From a virus, in the UHGV virus genome UHGV-1379488: DNA of 43,171 nt. One strand, written 5' to 3'. The notes below the pieces were generated by a model. The model had not been told where the DNA came from. It worked only from the letters and a program-made list of their open reading frames with translations, and ran no database searches. Position numbers and translations under genes: made by a program. Positions 1 to 8,499 of the stretch are shown here, one piece after another (within the stretch, counting starts at the first letter, position 1; each line of letters starts with the position of its first letter).

Positions 1-139
1 ACGGGTCCGATTCCCGTCAGCAGCTTTTTCTTAAAACCTTGTAGATACGTAGAAAACAACGTATTTGCAAGGTTTTTTCATGTTTTTGGATAGCACTTCC
101 TCCGTGACAGACGGAGGAAATAATTATAATATTTAGGAT

Positions 140-162
140 ATATGCAACACGATGCAACACGA
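140..162. repeat. attL-side direct repeat (ATATGCAACACG ATGCAACACG)
   Basis: ATATGCAACACGA followed by a second ATGCAACACG. Near-identical copy at 43115-43138. Integrase stop lies 17 bp away. Confidence 0.6.
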
Positions 163-178
163 AAAATATGCTATTCTA

Positions 179-1249
179 TCACATGATGAACTTTTCAAAG
201 TGTTTATTGATTTTTTTATTTTGCCGGACAGATTCCAGGTCAATCACATTTCTGTATACAGCTTTCATAATATTGTCACTGGCCCATCCCCCCCGCTGCA
301 ATATATATTGGTCCGGTACACCTATGGCGTGCATAATAGATGCAGCATAATGCCGGAGGTCATGGAAACGGAAATGCGGTACATCAATCTTTTTAAGCAC
401 TCGCCCAAATCTATGTGTGATATAATCCGGGTTCATATCAACCAGCTTTCCTTTTTTGCTAGATATCCGCTCAATTACAAATGCTGGCATTTCTACATCC
501 CGTGTGCTGTCATCCGTCTTTGGCTGCTTAATGTACCATTGATTGTCTGGCCCCTTTACCATATTGTCTCTTACATGGACAATACGACCCTCTACATTTT
601 TGTCAGTAAGGGCGCTTATCTCTCCACGTCTGAGTGGGCCAAATGCAGCCAGTAACACGGCTATCTCTAAATCTGTACCTTTGATAGCGTCTAACAGCTT
701 TTTGATATCATTGTCATTGGGGCAGTATAAATCGGGGCGTTTTTTCTGCGGAAGCTTTACCTTTAAGGTTAAATCCGGCGCAAACATTTCCAAGGATGCG
801 GATAACAGGCCATAGGCATTTCTAACTGTCTTTGGAGACAGTTGTTTCCCTGCCAAATCACTTACCCATATCTGTACAGATGGATTAGATAGTTCTGAGA
901 GCCGTTTACGCCCAAATAAGCCGTCAAAATATTGCTTTTGCATACCAATATACCCTCTAAGCGTAGAAGGGCTTAAAACGCCTTTTTTGACGCTCAAATA
1001 ACGTTCGATAGCTTGGTTTACTGTTATATCTTCGTCCTCATCATCTTCCGATTCATTGTATCGCTCTATGGGCTTGTCTTTCATGTCTAATTTCCATCTG
1101 GTAGCCATTTCTTTTGCTTCCTTGCGTGATGGGGCAACAAAGCTTTTGTAATGCCGCTTACCTTTATCATCTGTATACAGATACACTTGCACTCGGACAT
1201 TTCCAGACGGAAGTACTCCTTTTTTTCTTTTCGGGGCTTTTATAGTCAT
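179..1249 (-). CDS. int: tyrosine-type phage integrase
   Basis: C-terminal HDLRHYAAS...GGWAS...AVYRN recombinase motif region. AAGGAGG RBS 8 nt before the ATG of MTIKAP; the track TTG start at 1267 is probably too long. Adjacent to the left repeat. Confidence 0.85.
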   Translation of the reverse strand: MTIKAPKRKKGVLPSGNVRVQVYLYTDDKGKRHYKSFVAPSRKEAKEMATRWKLDMKDKPIERYNESEDDEDEDITVNQAIERYLSVKKGVLSPSTLRGYIGMQKQYFDGLFGRKRLSELSNPSVQIWVSDLAGKQLSPKTVRNAYGLLSASLEMFAPDLTLKVKLPQKKRPDLYCPNDNDIKKLLDAIKGTDLEIAVLLAAFGPLRRGEISALTDKNVEGRIVHVRDNMVKGPDNQWYIKQPKTDDSTRDVEMPAFVIERISSKKGKLVDMNPDYITHRFGRVLKKIDVPHFRFHDLRHYAASIMHAIGVPDQYILQRGGWASDNIMKAVYRNVIDLESVRQNKKINKHFEKFIM

Positions 1250-1415
1250 TTTTCTTTCCTCCTTCAATTGATTTTCCTAAAAATAGGTATAAAAAATACA
1301 GCTCCACAAAAATATTGCAAAGCCGCCCCGAAGATGGTACAATATAGGTGCGAATTATAGTGCATATCTTCGGGTATGCAATCCGGTTCCTGTTGGCGCA
1401 GGGGCCGGTTTTTTG

Positions 1416-2111
1416 TTATTTTAGACCAAACTGAGCTTTTGAAGTCAATTTTCCATTCGTAAAATACATAGTTGCATTGGCTCCTGATGAATTATCTCCA
1501 TACCATATGTATGCGGTGGAATTAATATCTAAGATATTAGTTTCTGCCATAGGCTCTCCATCTCCACCAATTATATCAACGCATTCTTGGTATGTCATCC
1601 CAGTAGTACATTGATTATATTCATTCAATGTTATGTGATAATTGTAAGTGCGTGGCCATGATGAAAATAACCCAGTTCCCCATAAGGTTATAAATAAAAC
1701 TGTAAGTATGATTCGTGTTGATTTTGTGCCTTTTTTGTAATACCACATTAAAAACAATCCTAAAGGCATACAACAAATAAAGAGCATTAGAAGATAAAAC
1801 CAATCCTTTTGATAGAATTTATAATCTTCAGTAGAATGTTCAATGATTTCTAATTCTGGATTATTTTCTTCAATTAGTTCAATGGTTCTTTTTATTTTGT
1901 CATTTGCTTTATGATTAAAATCAAAATGCTTTACATTATTTGGGCCATAAACAAAATCTAGATATCCACCACCTACACCAATTTGAAAATAACAATACTC
2001 TATTTTACTTAAATCCGAATAAGAAATTTTTGTGGAATTACCCAAAAAGTCTATAATTTTAGATTCCTTTTTTCCCACAAATAGTTCCTTAGTGGTGCCT
2101 TTTATACTCAT
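1416..2111 (-). CDS. hypothetical membrane protein (moron; N-terminal soluble domain, 2 TM, C-terminal small beta domain)
   Basis: Hydrophobic segments FYLLMLFICCMPLGLFLMWYY and IILTVLFITLWGTGLF. Region is much more AT-rich than the rest of the phage. Start chosen at MSIKG after a GGTGA RBS. Confidence 0.5.
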   Translation of the reverse strand: MSIKGTTKELFVGKKESKIIDFLGNSTKISYSDLSKIEYCYFQIGVGGGYLDFVYGPNNVKHFDFNHKANDKIKRTIELIEENNPELEIIEHSTEDYKFYQKDWFYLLMLFICCMPLGLFLMWYYKKGTKSTRIILTVLFITLWGTGLFSSWPRTYNYHITLNEYNQCTTGMTYQECVDIIGGDGEPMAETNILDINSTAYIWYGDNSSGANATMYFTNGKLTSKAQFGLK

Positions 2112-2132
2112 ATATATCACCAGCCCTGTGCT

Positions 2133-2627
2133 TCAATTAGAATCTTTATACTGTTCCATCTCTTCTTGATGTTCAATATAGGCATTACACATTTTTGCAT
2201 ATTGTTCTACATCAAACTTTTTTCTTTCTTCAAATCTTTTTCTAGTTAATTGTTCATTGTCAATAATTTTTTCTAGGTCATTTGATGGACAAAATTCTGG
2301 CCCTAGACATCCACTTTTTTCATAAGGTACCAATTTATTTAACTCTATTTTAATTTCATTCAATGAAGTTTCAAATATATCTTCATCTTTGGTGGTGTTT
2401 ATGATTTCAGCCAATGATTTTATGTGTTCTAAAATTGTTTCTGGTAATTCATCAATTTCTTTTTTGGCCCACTTACAATATATAAATATAGATAAAAAAA
2501 TCATAAACAATATCAAAGGTCCATAGCCAAATAAATAAAAGAAATTCTGAATACAGTATAATATTAAAAATGTTATAAGTAGAATTGATACCCCACCCAA
2601 AATACCTTTTATTGTTTCTGTAGACAT
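2133..2627 (-). CDS. hypothetical membrane protein (moron)
   Basis: Two TM helices (ILGGVSILLITFLILYCI, PLILFMIFLSIFIYC) followed by a charged cytoplasmic tail. Start set at internal ATG (MSTETIKG); the track ORF extends to 2813 but that upstream part is low-complexity basic sequence. Confidence 0.4.
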   Translation of the reverse strand: MSTETIKGILGGVSILLITFLILYCIQNFFYLFGYGPLILFMIFLSIFIYCKWAKKEIDELPETILEHIKSLAEIINTTKDEDIFETSLNEIKIELNKLVPYEKSGCLGPEFCPSNDLEKIIDNEQLTRKRFEERKKFDVEQYAKMCNAYIEHQEEMEQYKDSN

Positions 2628-2816
2628 ATCGTTTTTATATGTTTTTATTTTTCTACTACTTTTAAATGGATAGGCCATTAACCTAAAAGGAAAACTATAA
2701 AAATTATAAACCAGTCGAAATGGTAGCAATAATATATGTTTCCTTTTTTCTTTTCTCTTATACGAACTTCTTACCCACATGCGCTTTATATAATGGTATT
2801 GACTTGGACGCATAGG

Positions 2817-3242
2817 CTATCTCCATTCTTTAAAGTCAAAAAGTTTTTCTCTGTATCCTGTTAAACAGGAAAGTTGCTTTTTGTTTAACCCTGGGTTTTC
2901 CAATATAGTAGTGTCAGGTATCAATAACTCCGCAGCAAAAATATTTGCTTCTTGCTCCGGCTTAACCTTACTGAAAAAGGTTCCTCCAAAAAACATACAT
3001 TCAGTACCTTGGTGTAGCACCCCATGACCTACTTCATGGGCTAAGACAATATCACTGTATTTTGTATCGGCAATGCGGGAATTGATGCAGATGCACGGTA
3101 CTCCTTCGTATTCTATGTAGTAACCTGAGTATTTCCCCAGGTCATGCTTTTGTACAATAAAACCTAAATAGTCCGCAAGTTCCATAGGATTTCTGGTTCC
3201 GTATTTTTCAACCAGATTCAAAACAGTATCTTTAATCTCCAA
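2817..3242 (-). CDS. ImmA/IrrE-family metallopeptidase (antirepressor-type protease partner of the repressor)
   Basis: HEVGHGVLH zinc-peptidase motif, about 140 aa, immediately downstream of and co-oriented with the XRE repressor. TTG start with GGAGAG RBS. Confidence 0.75.
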   Translation of the reverse strand: MEIKDTVLNLVEKYGTRNPMELADYLGFIVQKHDLGKYSGYYIEYEGVPCICINSRIADTKYSDIVLAHEVGHGVLHQGTECMFFGGTFFSKVKPEQEANIFAAELLIPDTTILENPGLNKKQLSCLTGYREKLFDFKEWR

Positions 3243-3245
3243 TCG

Positions 3246-3668
3246 CTACTCTCCAAAGCCTTCCTGCTTTTTCTTAATCTTAGCTGCCCTACAAAGTGAT
3301 AACAGTGAGTCTCTTAATAATTTATCTTCATCCTCGTCCCCCGAATAATCCTCGCCGTTAAATCTTAGGACAACTGTTTCATTGTTCCTTATGCGCTTCA
3401 TAATCTCGTCAACATCATTAATTACATTAAGCTCTTCATTTTCAGAAAGAGTGGGCTTCTTTGCTTCTGGGGATTCCTCCTTCCCATTCATCAGGTAGTC
3501 AACAGTTACATTAAAATAATCTGCAAGTTTTTGTAACCGTTCTGATGTAGGAGTACTGTTTTTCCATTTAGAAACAGAACCATTGGAAAAACCTAGCTCC
3601 TTTTCCAACTTTCCTTGTGAAAGCCCACTTGATTTTCTTAAGCTTTCAATTCGTTCGTAGACAGTCAT
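3246..3668 (-). CDS. XRE-family HTH repressor (cI-like)
   Basis: N-terminal HTH_XRE (LRKSSGLSQGKLEKELGFSNGSVSKWKN). AAAGGAG RBS 5 nt before ATG. Divergent from a cro-like gene. Confidence 0.8.
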   Translation of the reverse strand: MTVYERIESLRKSSGLSQGKLEKELGFSNGSVSKWKNSTPTSERLQKLADYFNVTVDYLMNGKEESPEAKKPTLSENEELNVINDVDEIMKRIRNNETVVLRFNGEDYSGDEDEDKLLRDSLLSLCRAAKIKKKQEGFGE

Positions 3669-3689
3669 AAAACTCCTTTCTAATTTACA

Positions 3690-3840
3690 GAAAAAGTTCT
3701 GTAAAAAAGGCTTGACAATTAGAAAGAGTTCTGTATAATAGTAGTATAAGCACAGAAAACTTTCGGTGAAATAAGGCCGATACAGATGTATTTTTCTAAT
3801 AAATTGTGTGGTAACTCTATATTAGAATAGTTTCTGTATT
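3690..3840. promoter_or_regulatory. operator cluster: repeated AAAGTTCTGT-like motif (3 direct, 1 inverted)
   Basis: AGTTCTGTA at 3695-3703 and 3727-3735, TAGTTTCTGTA at 3829-3839, and inverted CACAGAAAACTTTC at about 3751-3764. All lie in the repressor/cro intergenic region. Confidence 0.55.
3712..3739 (+). promoter_or_regulatory. sigma-A consensus promoter (TTGACA-16-TATAAT) reading toward cro
   Basis: TTGACA 3712-3717 and TATAAT 3734-3739, both perfect hexamers. An operator copy overlaps the spacer. Confidence 0.65.
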
Positions 3841-3847
3841 TTGTCAA
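3819..3847 (-). promoter_or_regulatory. sigma-A-like promoter (TTGACA-17-TAATAT) reading toward the repressor gene
   Basis: Minus-strand TTGACA (plus-strand 3842-3847) and TAATAT (plus-strand 3819-3824) with a 17-nt spacer containing an operator copy. It faces the plus-strand promoter. Confidence 0.5.
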
Positions 3848-3887
3848 TAGATTTGCCGAATATTTTCTAAAGAAAGGAGATGGTAAA

Positions 3888-4070
3888 TTGATTTATGACA
3901 AAATTAAAGAAATATGTGAAGAAAGAGGCGTTAGTGTAAGGTCTATTGAAATTGAAGCTGGATTAAAAAATGGAGCAATTAGTAAATGGAATGATTCGAG
4001 TCCAACAGTAAAGAGCCTTAAAGCGGTTGCAGATGTTTTAAAAGTAAAGGTTGACAAGCTTATTTCTTAG
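3888..4070 (+). CDS. Cro-like XRE-family HTH protein
   Basis: 60 aa, HTH_XRE (VSVRSIEIEAGLKNGAISKWN). TTG start 8 nt after AAAGGAGA. Divergent from the repressor. Confidence 0.75.
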   Translation: MIYDKIKEICEERGVSVRSIEIEAGLKNGAISKWNDSSPTVKSLKAVADVLKVKVDKLIS

Positions 4071-4086
4071 AGGAGGAGGTGAAGCG

Positions 4087-4293
4087 GTGGAGAATGAAAA
4101 AATCATTTTTATGGACAAAGGGGCTTTGGCATTAGATTTGAATAGAGATAGTGCTACTTCGATTCTTTGCCAAGCTATGATGGACGAAACTGTGAGATTG
4201 CGGTCATGTATTTGGAAAAAGGAAAGAGATTCCATAAGGAAGTTTCTTATAGAATCTTTTCAAATAATTTCTGTAAATATTCAAGATAAGTAA
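4087..4293 (+). CDS. hypothetical protein
   Basis: GTG start 7 nt after AGGAGGAGG. The track ORF starts earlier at 4051 and overlaps the cro stop. Confidence 0.35.
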   Translation: MENEKIIFMDKGALALDLNRDSATSILCQAMMDETVRLRSCIWKKERDSIRKFLIESFQIISVNIQDK

Positions 4294-4759
4294 AATCAAG
4301 AAAAGCATTAAGGTGATAAGCGGCAAGCGAACCAATCAACCAATAAATACCAGTCAGGATTATATTGAGGATGAAAGGCAAATGTATATTTTTCGTTTGT
4401 ACCCAATGTGCAGGTAAAAATATTATGTGGATGGGAAAAATTGAATGTTTTAATCTATTCCTAAAAGTTCCAATTGTAATAAGAAATACTTTTTCAACCT
4501 CTAATTGATATTTTTTTCTATCGCACAAATAAGCAACATTTGTTAAACAACGTTGCTTATATCCTCCTTTATTTTCATCATAATAGGTTGGGTATGATGT
4601 ACCTGCTTGTTTGAATATTTCGTCAACATCTGGTATGTAAGATGACATTTCTTTTCCCGTGGTAAATCGACCATAAAGCCTTTTTGATTTTAAATACCAG
4701 TACGTATTTGAAATTATGCAATATACCCAAATACCAATGCATATAATAATGAGTTTCAT
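4247..4759 (-). CDS. hypothetical membrane protein, opposite orientation to the early operon (candidate exclusion or conversion gene)
   Basis: N-terminal TM (MKLIIICIGIWVYCII), C-terminal TMs. GAGGAG RBS. Possible extended -10 (TGATATAAT, minus strand) upstream. Confidence 0.5.
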   Translation of the reverse strand: MKLIIICIGIWVYCIISNTYWYLKSKRLYGRFTTGKEMSSYIPDVDEIFKQAGTSYPTYYDENKGGYKQRCLTNVAYLCDRKKYQLEVEKVFLITIGTFRNRLKHSIFPIHIIFLPAHWVQTKNIHLPFILNIILTGIYWLIGSLAAYHLNAFLDFTYLEYLQKLFEKIL

Positions 4760-4931
4760 TAGTTTGCTCCTCACAAACCGATATAAAAATTATATCATGT
4801 AATGAATAAAATGCCCCGGCGGTGCTACGAACACCAACCGGAGCCGTAACCACATTAACCAAACTAATGCGGATACAGGAATATTTTACCATTTTCTCCT
4901 GTATTACGCAAGCACAGGAGGAAAAATATTT

Positions 4932-5198
4932 ATGAACATTGAAAACCAGAAGGACAAGCCAACATGGGAAAGGCTGGAGCAGTATTTTGCGGTAGAGGTA
5001 ATCGAGCAGAGCAAGAGGAATGCAAAACATTGGTTTATAGCGTTCCTGGTAACACTGGCGGCGCTGATAGGCACCAATGCTGCATGGCTTTATACTGCCA
5101 GTACATATGACTATGTTTCCCAGGATGGCACCGGATTGAACAACATCAACACAGGAACGCAAGGAAACTTAGAGAATGGGACAGAGAGCCAGGATTAA
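4932..5198 (+). CDS. hypothetical small membrane protein
   Basis: AGGAGG RBS, one TM (WFIAFLVTLAALIGTNAAWLY). Confidence 0.5.
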   Translation: MNIENQKDKPTWERLEQYFAVEVIEQSKRNAKHWFIAFLVTLAALIGTNAAWLYTASTYDYVSQDGTGLNNINTGTQGNLENGTESQD

Positions 5199-5247
5199 GA
5201 AGAACGGCAAGAGTCGGGGAATCAAGAGGAAGAGAAGGAGATAAACG

Positions 5248-5346
5248 ATGTACATCAATCCATTTTTAGCAGGAGTAGCTTGCACTGTTTTTGCAGAGAT
5301 ACTAATAATTATAGCAATAGCGCTTTACCAGTATTTTAAAAGTTGA
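5248..5346 (+). CDS. 32-aa hydrophobic peptide (MYINPFLAGVACTVFAEILIIIAIALYQYFKS)
   Basis: Strong GAAGGAG RBS 7 nt upstream of the ATG. Below the ORF-track size cutoff. Confidence 0.4.
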   Translation: MYINPFLAGVACTVFAEILIIIAIALYQYFKS

Positions 5347-5362
5347 TAGGAGGTAGTAAGAG

Positions 5363-5575
5363 TTGAAACTTAGTAGAGATAAAATTGATATTGCTCTGGC
5401 TAGAAATTCTTTGACTATAACAAATCTTTCCAAACGGTATGGAGTGAGCCGGGCGCGTATGAATGTTATTTTAAATATGCGGGAAGTTACACCTGTGTGT
5501 GCCGGACGCATGGCAAATGCTCTTGGTGTGGATGTAAAAGAGATAATAGAAGATAATTTATCCTGGAATGTATAA
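5363..5575 (+). CDS. small HTH DNA-binding protein
   Basis: HTH-like segment LTITNLSKRYGVSRARMNVIL. TTG start 9 nt after GGAGG. Confidence 0.5.
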   Translation: MKLSRDKIDIALARNSLTITNLSKRYGVSRARMNVILNMREVTPVCAGRMANALGVDVKEIIEDNLSWNV

Positions 5576-5593
5576 ACGAAAGGAAGTGAGGTC

Positions 5594-5821
5594 GTGAAAT
5601 CTAAGAAGCCGTCAGAATGGCAAAAGGACAGCATCCGAGTACTGATAGAAGAAGCCAAGATAAGAAACAATTTTGATGATTCTGAGTTAGCCCAGTACTT
5701 AGGATTATGTACAAGCTCATTTAGGGAGCGCAAGGCCAACCCTGGAAAGCTAACAATAGAAAAGCTTCAGATACTTCTGGAGCTGACCAAAAAGGAGATG
5801 AAATTTAGTGAAACAGCTTGA
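5594..5821 (+). CDS. small HTH-like protein
   Basis: GTG start after GGAAGTGAGG. HTH-like segment DSELAQYLGLCTSSFRER. Confidence 0.45.
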   Translation: MKSKKPSEWQKDSIRVLIEEAKIRNNFDDSELAQYLGLCTSSFRERKANPGKLTIEKLQILLELTKKEMKFSETA

Positions 5822-5948
5822 ATACATACCTGTTGGTAAAACACACTTAAGCCCGCGTCAGAAAGACCGGATGATTATTCGAGGCTTAACTGCTGCGGTG
5901 ATGGTCTTAAGCGGATTGTTGGTGATATGTCTGGCGGTGATATTATGA
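5808..5948 (+). CDS. 46-aa small membrane protein (low confidence)
   Basis: GTG 10 nt after AAAGGAG. TM segment GLTAAVMVLSGLLVICLAVIL. Stop overlaps the next ATG (ATGA). Confidence 0.3.
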   Translation: MKQLEYIPVGKTHLSPRQKDRMIIRGLTAAVMVLSGLLVICLAVIL

Positions 5949-6133
5949 GCCGCCGCCGGAATGGCACTAACCGGGCCGGAGCAATGGTGAATGCCAGCCG
6001 GTACACTGGATATGGTAAGCCAATAAAAAAGGTCGTCAGCTTGACAGAGCTAAACGACCGGATACAAAAAATAACTCAGTCTGATTATATCAGAGATTAT
6101 GGAGGTTTGCAAGATGGAAGAAAGAATGGTTGA
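5945..6133 (+). CDS. hypothetical protein
   Basis: ATG at 5945 overlapping the preceding stop. Basic N-terminus. Confidence 0.4.
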   Translation: MSRRRNGTNRAGAMVNASRYTGYGKPIKKVVSLTELNDRIQKITQSDYIRDYGGLQDGRKNG

Positions 6134-6296
6134 AATTCCTGTTGATGAATATAGAAAGCTTATTGAGCTTGAAGGTCGGGTAAATGCAGCTTTGGTTTTT
6201 TTGGATACCGATGAATACGCACAGCGTAATGTACTGGTCGGTATTTTAAGAGGCGTGAAGGTTAAAGTCCCTATGGATAAAACGCATGATGAATAA
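6114..6296 (+). CDS. hypothetical protein
   Basis: ATG 8 nt after GGAGG. The track ORF starts at 6099. Confidence 0.5.
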   Translation: MEERMVEIPVDEYRKLIELEGRVNAALVFLDTDEYAQRNVLVGILRGVKVKVPMDKTHDE

Positions 6297-6438
6297 TTCA
6301 AAATGTGATTCCTGCGGGTGTTTCCTTGACCCGGATAGATGGAAAGTATGCGATAAATGTATTAAGAAAACTACAAGACGGAATAAAGAGCATTACAAGG
6401 AGGTTATAAAACATGAATCTGGAACACAAGATGATTGA
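6289..6438 (+). CDS. 49-aa Cys-rich zinc-ribbon peptide (CDSCGC...CDKC), low confidence
   Basis: In-frame ATG overlapping the upstream stop, no clear SD. Two CxxC pairs. Confidence 0.3.
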   Translation: MNNSKCDSCGCFLDPDRWKVCDKCIKKTTRRNKEHYKEVIKHESGTQDD

Positions 6439-6577
6439 TGGTACTGCAATGGTATCTTATCTCCGAGATAGACAGTCACACTTAAGCATTGGAAGTGATG
6501 CAAGAAAGGAGCTTGAAATGGCTGTCATCTATATAGTTGGAACGCTCATGAAGGAGGAAAAAGATGGGAAATCTTGA
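6413..6577 (+). CDS. 54-aa hypothetical protein
   Basis: AGGAGG RBS 9 nt before ATG 6413. Stop overlaps the start region of the next gene. Confidence 0.45.
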   Translation: MNLEHKMIDGTAMVSYLRDRQSHLSIGSDARKELEMAVIYIVGTLMKEEKDGKS

Positions 6578-7238
6578 CTTATACGAAAAGGTCCGTTCCG
6601 TCCCGGATAGCGCCAAGAAAACCATTAAGGGAGGACGTACAAGTGGTATGACCGATATCAACCCCATGTGGCGCATAAAAGTCCTTACTGAGCAGTTCGG
6701 TCCATGTGGTATAGGGTGGTACTACATACCTACACGAAAGTGGTTAGAAACATCAGGAAATGAGATAGCGGCTTTTGTGGATATCGAATTATACATAAAG
6801 GTTGACGGGGAATGGTCTAAACCAATTCCCGGAAACGGCGGCAGCATGTTTGCATCAAAAGAGAAATCCGGCATATATGTTTCGGACGAATGCTATAAAA
6901 TGGCAACCACAGATGCTATATCGGTAGCGTGTAAGCAGCTTGGAATTGGTGCTGATGTTTATTGGGATTCAGATAGAACTAAATATAACAAGCAGAATAG
7001 TCCAGATTTGATTACTGAATCTGATATCAATGAAATATTCCTGGAGCTGAAACGGACAGGAATAGGGATTAAGAATGTGCTATCAAAGTATGGACTGACT
7101 GATATTCATGATATGACTAATTCCCAGGCAAATGAAACAATTAAAAAGCTGAAAGAACATCCAGATAAGGAGTTAGTAATGCAGCCACCGAATGATATGC
7201 AGGATAGTGAACTACCATGGAATGACCCAAAGAGGTGA
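6564..7238 (+). CDS. Rad52/Sak-like single-strand annealing recombination protein
   Basis: GAAGGAGG RBS. Motifs EQFGPCGIGW and ATTDAISVACKQLGIGADVYW resemble Rad52-family phage SSAPs (recalled from memory, not searched). Confidence 0.55.
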   Translation: MGNLDLYEKVRSVPDSAKKTIKGGRTSGMTDINPMWRIKVLTEQFGPCGIGWYYIPTRKWLETSGNEIAAFVDIELYIKVDGEWSKPIPGNGGSMFASKEKSGIYVSDECYKMATTDAISVACKQLGIGADVYWDSDRTKYNKQNSPDLITESDINEIFLELKRTGIGIKNVLSKYGLTDIHDMTNSQANETIKKLKEHPDKELVMQPPNDMQDSELPWNDPKR

Positions 7239-7242
7239 TTAT

Positions 7243-7872
7243 ATGCATGAGGCAGCAGACATAATAGCATACAAGCTTGTTCCAGAGGGAACGTATCTAA
7301 AGATATTTATTCCTGGAAAAAATCTTATGGAACCAATCGTTGATAAGCACATGAATAGATGCAGTGTATGGCTTGACGATGGTAGACATATAAGTGCAGA
7401 CCAGCGCAGGAAGATTTATGCCACAGTTAATGACATCTCCGCCTATTCCGGGAACGTGCCGGAGGTTGAGAAAGAATGGCTTAAGTATTTACACATCAAC
7501 CGGACCGGATGCGGATATTTTTCCCTGTCTGATTGCTCTATGGATACTGCCAGGGAATTTATCAATACCATGCTGGATTATGCGCTGGAGCAGGGGATAC
7601 CGCTGCTGGATTTTGCCCTTAACCGTACCGATGACATAGGACATTACCTGTATGCGTGCTTGAAGCTGCGGAAGTGTGCCATATGTGGCCGGGATGGGGA
7701 GATACACCATGTAGACACAATCGGCATGGGAAATGACCGGAGGAAGGTTGATGATTCGGATTATCGCAAAATATGTCTATGCCGGAAGCACCATACAGAA
7801 GCACATAACATTGGTATGACAGCGTTTGAAAGTAGATATAAGGTATATGGAATTAAATTTGGAGATGATTAG
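7243..7872 (+). CDS. HNH/His-Me-finger nuclease-like protein (recombination-associated; NinG/Rap-like or DUF968-like)
   Basis: Cys/His cluster CAICGRDGEIHHVD...CLCRKHHTEAH. AAGAGGTGA RBS. Immediately downstream of the SSAP. Confidence 0.45.
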   Translation: MHEAADIIAYKLVPEGTYLKIFIPGKNLMEPIVDKHMNRCSVWLDDGRHISADQRRKIYATVNDISAYSGNVPEVEKEWLKYLHINRTGCGYFSLSDCSMDTAREFINTMLDYALEQGIPLLDFALNRTDDIGHYLYACLKLRKCAICGRDGEIHHVDTIGMGNDRRKVDDSDYRKICLCRKHHTEAHNIGMTAFESRYKVYGIKFGDD

Positions 7873-7910
7873 TACATGAATCAAGAAATTAAGATTTTAG
7901 AGGTGCGAGA

Positions 7911-8057
7911 ATGAGAAGTGAACAGGAAGTACAAGAAACTATTATGGATTGGTTTTCTGAGTGTGAAAATGATGAGGAAATCATAGAGATGGAAAGTATG
8001 ATTTCCGATTTGACAGCGCAGGAAAGAGAAAATCGTATATTTGATTTAAGAAATTAA
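7911..8057 (+). CDS. 48-aa acidic hypothetical protein
   Basis: GAGGTG RBS; below the track cutoff. Confidence 0.4.
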   Translation: MRSEQEVQETIMDWFSECENDEEIIEMESMISDLTAQERENRIFDLRN

Positions 8058-8073
8058 AATTTAAGGAGAATAC

Positions 8074-8289
8074 ATGAAAATTACAAAACAGGATGGAACC
8101 GTGGTTAACGGTCATAGTATTGAAATGCAGGGCTGTAGGATATTTTGTACGCCTGATGGAACCCCAATAAAACCGCGAGTGCTGTGCGGTAAGTATTCGG
8201 ATATATTGAGGACTACAGAAGTATTCTCGGAAATGACATACATGGGATGGAACTTTAAGAACCCAGAATACGTTATGCCACAAAACTGA
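8074..8289 (+). CDS. hypothetical protein
   Basis: AAGGAG RBS 7 nt before ATG. Confidence 0.55.
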   Translation: MKITKQDGTVVNGHSIEMQGCRIFCTPDGTPIKPRVLCGKYSDILRTTEVFSEMTYMGWNFKNPEYVMPQN

Positions 8290-8322
8290 CATCTACAGTA
8301 TTAGCATTGTGAGGTGAAAAGG

Positions 8323-8499
8323 ATGGACCACAAAAGTGCGATTAAATCACAAGAAATACAAAATGTAGCAAACTTTTCTACCTGCTATTTTAACGAACTA
8401 TATGTTTTATGCAACAGAGTTTACACAGAAAAGCCAGAAGTAAAAAATTTTAATGAATATGTAAAGAGCCTTATTTTAAAGGACTTGGAACAAAATTAG
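8323..8499 (+). CDS. hypothetical protein
   Basis: ATG 8 nt after GAGGTGA. Confidence 0.45.
   Translation: MDHKSAIKSQEIQNVANFSTCYFNELYVLCNRVYTEKPEVKNFNEYVKSLILKDLEQN

Noticed and set aside
1-24. tRNA or tmRNA 3'-end-like sequence at the window edge (ACGGG-TCCGATT-CCCGT + CAGCAGC)
   Set aside because: Only a fragment is visible. The T-loop is non-canonical (C at position 55) and the att repeat lies about 120 bp away rather than overlapping it. The phage may still sit downstream of an RNA gene, but this cannot be supported from the window.
4623-5162. 179-aa minus-strand ORF overlapping two other ORFs
   Set aside because: It overlaps 4247-4759 (same strand, different frame) and the plus-strand 4932-5198 gene with its AGGAGG RBS. 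No start context; likely spurious.
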